Of a DNA stretch of 25,080 nt, positions 18,085 to 25,080 are shown one piece after another. Position 1 is the stretch's first letter. Every line of letters starts with the position of its first letter. The notes beneath the pieces were generated by a model. That model did no database searches. It was not told the DNA's origin and saw nothing but the letters and a program-made list of their open reading frames with translations. The stretch covers positions 62,001 to 87,080 of the forward strand of contig JALAGF010005569.1 in the NCBI GenBank assembly GCA_030167865.1, written 5' to 3'. Origin of the DNA: Craspedostauros australis. Taxonomy: Eukaryota. A program made the translations under genes and the position numbers.

Positions 18085-19614
18085 TTAAATTTGCACCAAA
18101 TCGTTAAGGCGAATGGCTTCATCGATGGCCTGCAGACAACGCTGCTGATTGTCCCAAAACATATCACCGGCCGGTGAGATGCGAAAGTGAGCATCTACCG
18201 TGACCTCGGCATTCCCGCCACCCACGAAGCTCGTCCACGAGGCACGGAAGGGGCGGCTGCCGTCGGTGATCACGGTGGGACATCGTCTGCGAATCTCCGT
18301 CTTGATGTCCTGCAGCAGTTTGGGAAGCTTCTCGGTATCCGTCTTGCTGAACTTCAGCACCTGCTTGACCTGACACTGATGCAACCGGGAGAGGTTGCTG
18401 ACGCGCTCCGACAGAAGATCGCTGTTGGGGATGGTCACCATGATCTCATCCGAACCGCGGATGACCGTCTCTATCCAGCCCAGATTCGCGACGCGGCCAC
18501 TGAATTTCGATTTCCCCAGCAAGATCATGTCGCCTTCGTAGATGCGATCCGACGCCATGAGGAGGATGCCGTACAGAAGCTGCTTCGCGATACCCTGCGA
18601 CGCGAAGGAGAAGACGAGCGTACCGATGGAACCAAACGCGAGGACGCTCTGCAGCGCCAGTCCCAATTCCACGTTCAGAATGTCCATGATGAGGAAGAGC
18701 GTGCATCCATACACCGCGGCGTCGACGAGACGATCCACGACCTGAACCCTTCCCTTCGAACTGCCAACTTGCGACCACAGGATGCCTCGCTTGAAGGTCG
18801 ACATCTGGTAGGCCGCCCACAGCGTGTACACGACGTAGGAGAATGCATGCGTGATGCGTTCGTTTCTGGGGACGTGGAAGCCAAGGCCCACAACGAAGAT
18901 CTTCACGATGTCGACAACGTACACGAGCAGCGCCAGCTTGGCCACCTGCGACATTAGGTTGAAGACGTGATACGCGGAGGTTGATCGAAATGGGCGGCGT
19001 CGATGTTTGGATGATTGATCGAGATGGAACTTCGATGCCGATGAAGGTTGGTATGGCGATGCTCTGGATCGCGCACGTGCGGCTGCGGTTGTCGCCGAGT
19101 CGGTTGCTGCAGTTTCTTGCGCCTCTCGGTCCTCCGACAGCAAGGTCCTTCGTGATGGATTAAGCTGTTCGTACGGTATCTCGAAGACAGGAATGAGGAT
19201 GAAGGACACGGTGAAGAGGAAGATGAGGTCTGTCAACGAGACCACTTGGCGAATTCCGCTCCAGATGGCCTTGAGCTCGGACATGGAGGGGATGATCTTC
19301 TCCAGCAGCGGAGAGATCTGCCCCGCGATGGTGGATTGCTCCAGCAGATCTTCGACGGAATTGTAGATGTCGCCGAAGGTGGTTTCGATGCGATCCAGTC
19401 CCTCTCTCACGCCATGCAGCAGATGACTGTTGTGAGAGCCGCCGCCATTGACCTTGTTGACATCGGGGGTGCCTTTGACCGACGGTCCACCTGATCTGCC
19501 GCCTTCTGACGGCATGGGTTCAACCATCGGCACCATATGGATCAAGCAAAGCAGCGACGCCTGTGCGATAGCGCTGCGCACAAGCAGCGTGTACTCGCGG
19601 AAGCAACGAGGCAT
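18085..19614 (-). CDS. mscS: Small-conductance mechanosensitive channel (MscS/MSL family)
   Basis: First ATG at 19614 (509 aa), with several TM helices. The pore and cytoplasmic signature is SVLAFGSIGTLVFSFASQGIAKQLLYG...IYEGDMI...GRVANLGWIETVIRGSD...VTIPNSDL...VSNLSR. Confidence 0.9.
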   Translation of the reverse strand: MPRCFREYTLLVRSAIAQASLLCLIHMVPMVEPMPSEGGRSGGPSVKGTPDVNKVNGGGSHNSHLLHGVREGLDRIETTFGDIYNSVEDLLEQSTIAGQISPLLEKIIPSMSELKAIWSGIRQVVSLTDLIFLFTVSFILIPVFEIPYEQLNPSRRTLLSEDREAQETAATDSATTAAARARSRASPYQPSSASKFHLDQSSKHRRRPFRSTSAYHVFNLMSQVAKLALLVYVVDIVKIFVVGLGFHVPRNERITHAFSYVVYTLWAAYQMSTFKRGILWSQVGSSKGRVQVVDRLVDAAVYGCTLFLIMDILNVELGLALQSVLAFGSIGTLVFSFASQGIAKQLLYGILLMASDRIYEGDMILLGKSKFSGRVANLGWIETVIRGSDEIMVTIPNSDLLSERVSNLSRLHQCQVKQVLKFSKTDTEKLPKLLQDIKTEIRRRCPTVITDGSRPFRASWTSFVGGGNAEVTVDAHFRISPAGDMFWDNQQRCLQAIDEAIRLNDLVQI

Positions 19615-20015
19615 CTTGCTTGTCAACGTAATGGTGCGACTGGAAGATCGGAGCAACGGTAGCTCGTAGTTGTGGAACAGCGTCGTATTCGGAGGTATTG
19701 GTATGGTTTGTGTGTGATCTATTCTGTAATAGAATAGAATATTATAGAATACGAGGTATGTGAAGTAATCGTATGCGTTGGCAGGCAGATGCCTGTCTGT
19801 TCAGTTGATGTGTTGATGCGTTGATGGATCGTGACACAGGTTCGACTTTCGCGTGTGCGAAAGATCTCTGTGGTGTGGTTCAGATGTTCTCCAACAAGAT
19901 TTGTTGGATGTGCTTTGGCGCCAAAAGATCTTCCCAACAAATCAAGACAACGAGACCGCGCCATGCTTTGATCGAATTCGTGCACTCGCAGGTATCATTA
20001 CTCCACTTTGATGCG

Positions 20016-20873
20016 ATGTGCTCTTCGCTGCATACCATCATCCTTTGCTGCGCACTGATGCACCTGGTGTCGTTGGCATGCTGCGCTCCGCCAACGGATG
20101 AAGCGAAGGGCGCACCCAACGAGGCACCACAAACATTACCAACAGAGCCCAAGTCCGAACTGCAGAAGTTCGTGGACTCCATCCGCTCTTCGCCGTTCGG
20201 CACATTCGACAAGGACACACGTGACGATTGCGCGGGCATCATCGATGCGTGCTGGTCGGACATCTTCGCCAACATCTTCGTGGAATGCGCAGCGACGTGC
20301 ACGCAACAATTGGAACAGCCGCGCATGAATGGCAAGGCCTCCGATCCGTCCGCCTTCTACGACCTGCCGTCGGTCCGACTGCAGCGTCCCGCCAACTCAA
20401 AATCCATGCAGATGGAGGATCTGGAAGGATACGTGCTCATTGTCGCGGTCGTTCCCCTCATCCCCGGCATGGCGGCATACTACTACGAGCTGTTGGAGCA
20501 TCTGCATTCCAGCTTTCGACCGAACCTCGAGATCGTCCTTCTGCCCGTCGACGTCGGAGTGGAGGGCGGTATCCACCTCGTGCTGCACGATCCACCACAT
20601 GTGCGCGTGCTGCAAGAGATCGACGATGCCACGAGCAACGCCATGATTCGGTACCTGCTCGACGTCAAGCCAACGTCGGGAACGGTATCCGTCCTAACGC
20701 GGGCGGATGGAACGACGCAGCATGTGCAATCGAACCTCAATCTGGATCGGGTGACGATGTATCTGCTCAGCGCAGATGGGATGTTCGTGGAGCGATTAAC
20801 GAGCCCGTCCATGAATGCGCTGCAAGAGAGGGTGACGCTGTTCATGAAATCCATGGACTACGACGAACTGTGA
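20016..20873 (+). CDS. ER-retained glutathione-peroxidase/thioredoxin-fold protein without catalytic Cys/Sec, with a small N-terminal Cys-rich (ShKT-like) module
   Basis: ATG at 20016 gives a signal peptide (MCSSLHTIILCCALMHLVSLACCA); 285 aa. SAFYDL...MEDLEGYVLIVAVV...YYELLEHLH...LEIVLLP and YLLSADGMFVERL parallel GPx SFYDF...L..YKGKVLLIVNVA...Y.EL..L...LEILAFP and FLVD.DG..V.R. The protein ends in YDEL. Confidence 0.7.
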   Translation: MCSSLHTIILCCALMHLVSLACCAPPTDEAKGAPNEAPQTLPTEPKSELQKFVDSIRSSPFGTFDKDTRDDCAGIIDACWSDIFANIFVECAATCTQQLEQPRMNGKASDPSAFYDLPSVRLQRPANSKSMQMEDLEGYVLIVAVVPLIPGMAAYYYELLEHLHSSFRPNLEIVLLPVDVGVEGGIHLVLHDPPHVRVLQEIDDATSNAMIRYLLDVKPTSGTVSVLTRADGTTQHVQSNLNLDRVTMYLLSADGMFVERLTSPSMNALQERVTLFMKSMDYDEL

Positions 20874-21339
20874 GGCAGGGTGTTGGACGACGGTGGATCG
20901 CGATGTTGGGCGTGTCACTAGCATGGATGGATGATCGCACCCACATGCGCATTTGTGCAAGCAAGGCTGGTTCATTTGACTCAATCGTAGTTGTTCTAAA
21001 TACACTCTGTTGAATAGAAGCTATTTCGTTGATTGGCTGGTTGACTATTGGTGTACCAAGTATGTGTACAGTATGTATGATCGGCATGGTGGGTATGGGA
21101 GGCGAACTAAGAGACATCGCCTTTTCCATCATGTGTATTGATGCCATGTAGTCATGCATAATAGTCATGTAATGTATGTGGTGAAGCATTGGATGTCATA
21201 AGGGGTGTGCCGCCAACGCGTTCTCTTTTGTTGTGAATGGAGATGGAAGCTTCGTCGGATGCCGTTAGATGCTGTACGAGTACGAATGGGCATCATGCGC
21301 CTGCCCTCCTCTTCTGCACTTGGAACAGACAGAAGTGCC

Positions 21340-23264
21340 TCACTCTTTCGTCTTGAACATATTGAGCTTGTATCGAACTGATGCCAAGTGACACATGATT
21401 CCCGGTGCGCACAGATTGGTGCAGCCGAAGCGTCTTGAGTCGGTGCACAAGATCGCAGGGTCGGTCAAGTAGTACTTGCCATTGGCCTTGACACCTTGGA
21501 GATCCGCCACAATCAAGTACTCCTTGGAGAAGATGTACGAGAACTCCACGAAGCGAAGGAGCGACTCATCGATGTGATCAGGATTCCAGGCTCCCGTGTT
21601 GCTGCAGTACTTGGTGAATGGCATTCCGGTGGTTGGCAGCACGTCTTTGCCGCAGTAGAAACGGTTTCCGTCTGCTTCATTTTTGTCGCTGACCTTCTCC
21701 ACAACGCATGATTGCAGAACCCTGATCATGGCACAGTGCGAAGGACGGAAGGCTGACTTGTTGTATTCGTTGGCAAGGAAGCTTGCAATGGATGATACCT
21801 CCATCTGCTGGAAGTATCGTTGTCTATCATTGATTCCTGGCCCGTGATGCTTGTTGGTCTTGAGCACCATGGCGCTCTGTCGAGGTGGAGTTCGGAGTTG
21901 TGACGCGCCAGCTTTGCATGGAATGCAATGCGGCATGCCCCCTCAGCAAATGGGAATTTCGCCAGTTGGAGCCGGAGCTCGAGGTTGACACGTTTCACGA
22001 AAAAGATCCGATAAGTGTAGGTCTCGGCCAACCTGTGGACCAAGAGAGGCGTTTGCAAAGACTGGACGGAGATGCTGCGGGTGTTGCAATACACATTGAC
22101 AGGCACCGTTCTTTTCCATCCAAATCGCGTTGGGAAATCTTTGGAGATTGTGTATGGCTTCATCTTGGCCTTCTTCATCTTCCCTCTGTCTGCTTCGTAC
22201 TCCACTACCTTGCTCTGAGAGTCGATCAACGACACAGAGTTGAAGATGGAGTGGCGGACACTCTTGACCACAACTTTCTCAACCATTTCGGGAGAAGAGA
22301 AGTCCACAACCTCGAGATCAATGTTGTGGACGGACGCAAACCGCTCAATCATTTTGTCCGTTTCGCTGGTGATATGACCAAAGAAGACGTTCATGGTTCC
22401 ACCCGATGGATTGGTCCTGAGTTTGGACAGCTCCAAGACGATGTTGATGCCTGGAGTACCGGTCGGGTAGTTGTCGCCAGACTCACCGTGGTCGTGGAAT
22501 TCGGTTCCATGACATGCTTCATCACCGACGATGAAGGCGACTCTGGTGGAGTGCATCCAGGAGAGCTCATTGGCCTTTTGGATGCCAACTGCCATGTCTT
22601 CTGGCAGGTCATTGTTGCAAATGGACTTGACTCCCTCCAGGAAGCGTTTGAAGACACTGACGTCATCCACGAAATCAAGGACTTGGTATCGATCAGATCC
22701 ATCGTCAATATCTTGGTAGGCCACGAACCCCAACCGTAGATCCTTCCCCTTTCCATCAGCCTTGATCTTCTCAACAATCTTGTGAGTGGTCTGCTTGGCG
22801 CCATCGATGTATGGCCCCATTGAATCAGTAGCATCCATGATGAACACGAGATCAATTTCGTTCTCCACGGCGTCGAGTTTGCCCAGCACGTCCTTGATAC
22901 TGGATTCCCTCATGCAACGCTTCAGTCGGCATTGATGCAACTTTGTGGCAAGTTCCTCGCAGGATTTGGTGGCATTGTCGAGTTGATCACTGCAATTGCT
23001 GATCGCAGTGCTGCATTGAGAAAGTCGTTCAGTAGGTTCGGTTTTGGTTGTGTCCAACTTACATTTCTTCACCATGCCTTGAGCTACCTTGATGAGTTCC
23101 TCGAGTTCCATTCTTGCTTTGGCCTCCTTCTTCTTCTCGTCGCTGATCTGTTGTTGGATATCCTCCTCATCATCGCTTTCATCCTCTTCCTCCTCTTCGA
23201 TCTCGTCGAGAACGGCTCCATCACCGCCGAGACTCACGAACTTTTCATCAATATGTGTCAGCAT
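21340..23264 (-). pseudogene. vwkA: vWA-domain alpha-kinase (VwkA-like) interrupted by a 1-nt frameshift at about 21877; pseudogene or sequence error
   Basis: Acidic and coiled-coil N-terminus, then vWA motifs DLVFIMDATDSM, LRLGFVAYQDI, DLPEDMA, LSW and CHG, then the alpha-kinase start PFAEGACRIAF. The kinase continues in another frame: MVLK, QMEVSSIASFLANEYNK, FTKY.SNTG, LIVADLQGV, YLTDPAI, FGCTNL. The 5' end is uncertain. Confidence 0.8.
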
Positions 23265-24112
23265 CGTATTCACTTGAAGAAAGTAGGGGAAGTTTGATTT
23301 TATGATGGTGACGATTTCAATTCTGCTGTGGTTGCTTTCGGTCCGCAGCAACACCGTGGAACGCCGTGGCGATTGCAGGCATCATCATAGATCGATAGCA
23401 AGCACGGACGCAGGTTGGAGGCAGGCAGCGTCCACGATGCTCCGTGGTCTTGCACTCTGCAGTCCATCTGCATTTCGCTCGTCCATTCGTTCTTCCTCCG
23501 AGTTGTGGAGAAGTACCGTGTCTCAAGATCGTGTGAACTCAGATTTTGTTGAGACAGACAGTGTGGACAGAATTCACGCAGAGAGACATGCTTGCTACGC
23601 CGTGTGTTGGTTCTGTCTCTTGGCCGCAGACACATGTTTGCGTCATCACAAACCCATCACGGAGTGAGACCTTCGGGTTGAGCGTTGTCTGTCGTCGTCC
23701 GTAAGAAGAGAAGGGTACAACGAGGAATGCAGGTTTGAGTAGGAGGGTTCATCACATTGTCAAATGAGTACTATTGGGATGGTTGTTGAGCATGGTTGCA
23801 TGTACAACCATGTCAATCCCTGCTCGTTAAGTATTGGTTTGATGCCATGCACAGACTATGACTAGGCATAGTGCCATAGATGGTACGAGCAGAGAGTTGA
23901 TGCACAGTTTCTCCGAACAATCCATGACCTCGTTCGACTAGAGAGAGAAAGAGAGAGCAACTCAAGCAAAGAAAGAGAGAGATGCCACAGTGTAGCGTAT
24001 GGCACTATACTCGGACGAATGAGTGCGTTGTGAATGTCTTATTTTTCACTGGAACAACAAACCTGGATCTCTCTTTTGACCATGCTTCGCTGTCGTCGGT
24101 GGCCCAATGTCA

Positions 24113-25080
24113 CTACCATGGTGCCTTCATCCTTTCCAACAGTCCATCCCACGTCGTCACGCCCTCAAACAGCCGATCCATGTTGATGTCGCAGAACAGG
24201 CGCTTCTCATACGCCATACGATGGAAGGATGCTCGATGGGCTTCTTCCACTCCTGGCGATGCCGCCCATTCGGGCATGGCCAGTCGTTCATTGGAGAGTG
24301 ACATCGCCAGGATGTCTTCAAGTTCAGCATCGGGAGGACAGGCCAAGGGAAGATCCACAATACTCTTGCCCAAAGTGTCGCGATGGTACGTCACCAATAC
24401 ATTGGTCATATTGCCTCTTGTATTCGTGACTTGCGTTGCTGCATCGATGATGTTGCGCTCGGCGGCTGCAAAGACGATGTTGTTGTACAGAAAGTAAGGG
24501 AGATTCCGGGAGTTCTCTGAACGCTCTGTTTTCTCTTGTAGTCGCTGGCATGACATCGGAGCATCCTGGATGAAATCACACAGAAGCTGCTTCGTGACGT
24601 GATGTTTGTCGTGAAAGTTCAAGACGTGGATGCGGAATCCGTTGTTGCGGTGTCCCTGGGTGGCGCCTATGAAGTCGCGAAAGAGTTTGGCAGCAATGAA
24701 TCCTCCGTTCTTGGAATTCCATCGCGCACGTGAATGACGCATCCATGCTCGGAAGGATGGCATGGTTCCGAAAAATGCCGCACCGCCATCTACTGGCCAT
24801 TTATTGTGCGGCACGTTGCCTCCCATCATGTGACTAGCATGGTTCTGCTTCAAGCTGCTCAGCATCCAATCGGCGGTGCGACGGTAGGTTGCCACCATGG
24901 TGATGTTCCAACCTTGCAACACATCCCTGAAACTCTCGAGGAATGCTGGAGTTTGAAGCAGGTCTGTTGGGATTAGATGTGCATACTCTTCATCGCTAAG
25001 GATCACCGACTTGCCATCGTCCCTGAGTTGATCGAGCATCATCTTGGCTGGAAGGGCGCATTCTGGAGCCAACGGATACG
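24113..25080 (-). CDS. 5'-truncated uncharacterised protein, possibly of a P-loop/sulfotransferase-like fold family common in diatoms
   Basis: The frame is open to the window edge (more than 319 aa). SVILSDEEY and ITMVATYRRTADWMLS resemble the 'ilSsE' strand and the 3'-phosphate-binding R...S element of sulfotransferase-fold proteins. The N-terminal loop that would confirm this lies outside the window. Confidence 0.6.
   Translation of the reverse strand, partial: YPLAPECALPAKMMLDQLRDDGKSVILSDEEYAHLIPTDLLQTPAFLESFRDVLQGWNITMVATYRRTADWMLSSLKQNHASHMMGGNVPHNKWPVDGGAAFFGTMPSFRAWMRHSRARWNSKNGGFIAAKLFRDFIGATQGHRNNGFRIHVLNFHDKHHVTKQLLCDFIQDAPMSCQRLQEKTERSENSRNLPYFLYNNIVFAAAERNIIDAATQVTNTRGNMTNVLVTYHRDTLGKSIVDLPLACPPDAELEDILAMSLSNERLAMPEWAASPGVEEAHRASFHRMAYEKRLFCDINMDRLFEGVTTWDGLLERMKAPW

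Noticed and set aside
20440..20470. Possible selenocysteine in the GPx-like gene
   Set aside because: There is no in-frame TGA at the active-site position or anywhere before the terminal stop.
21870..21945. Programmed -1 ribosomal frameshift in the alpha-kinase
   Set aside because: There is no slippery heptamer in the permissible overlap, and other signs of decay make a mutation or sequence error more parsimonious.
23791..23812. Hairpin CATGGTTG-catgta-CAACCATG
   Set aside because: An 8-bp stem is expected by chance in 25 kb, and there is no associated Helitron or terminator context.

Overview
Eukaryotic nuclear DNA, most likely from a diatom. This is inferred from bipartite signal+Phe plastid presequences, GT-AG introns, xDEL/NEL ER-retention ends, and receptor GC/PDE and vWA-alpha-kinase families. 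It holds about 10 protein genes: (1) a plastid-type stand-alone Lon N-domain protein, (2) a plastid-type tandem hotdog (YbgC-like) thioesterase, (3) a secreted protein with one clear and one degenerate dirigent/allene-oxide-cyclase-like barrel, (4) a 4-exon receptor-type class III cyclase-phosphodiesterase fusion (about 1266 aa), (5) ATP23, (6) a SUMF2/pFGE-like inactive formylglycine-generating-enzyme paralogue, (7) an MscS-like channel, (8) an ER-retained glutathione-peroxidase-fold protein lacking the catalytic Cys/Sec, (9) a frameshifted vWA-alpha-kinase, and (10) a 5'-truncated sulfotransferase-fold-like protein. The most unusual non-coding signal is an 84-bp element present twice (4484-4567 and 6742-6825, 78/84 identical). 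The two copies bracket the dirigent/AOC-like gene, and all six differences are compatible with one three-way-junction RNA fold. No tRNA, rRNA, CRISPR array or intact transposon was recognised. All family calls come from motif recognition by eye, not from database searches.
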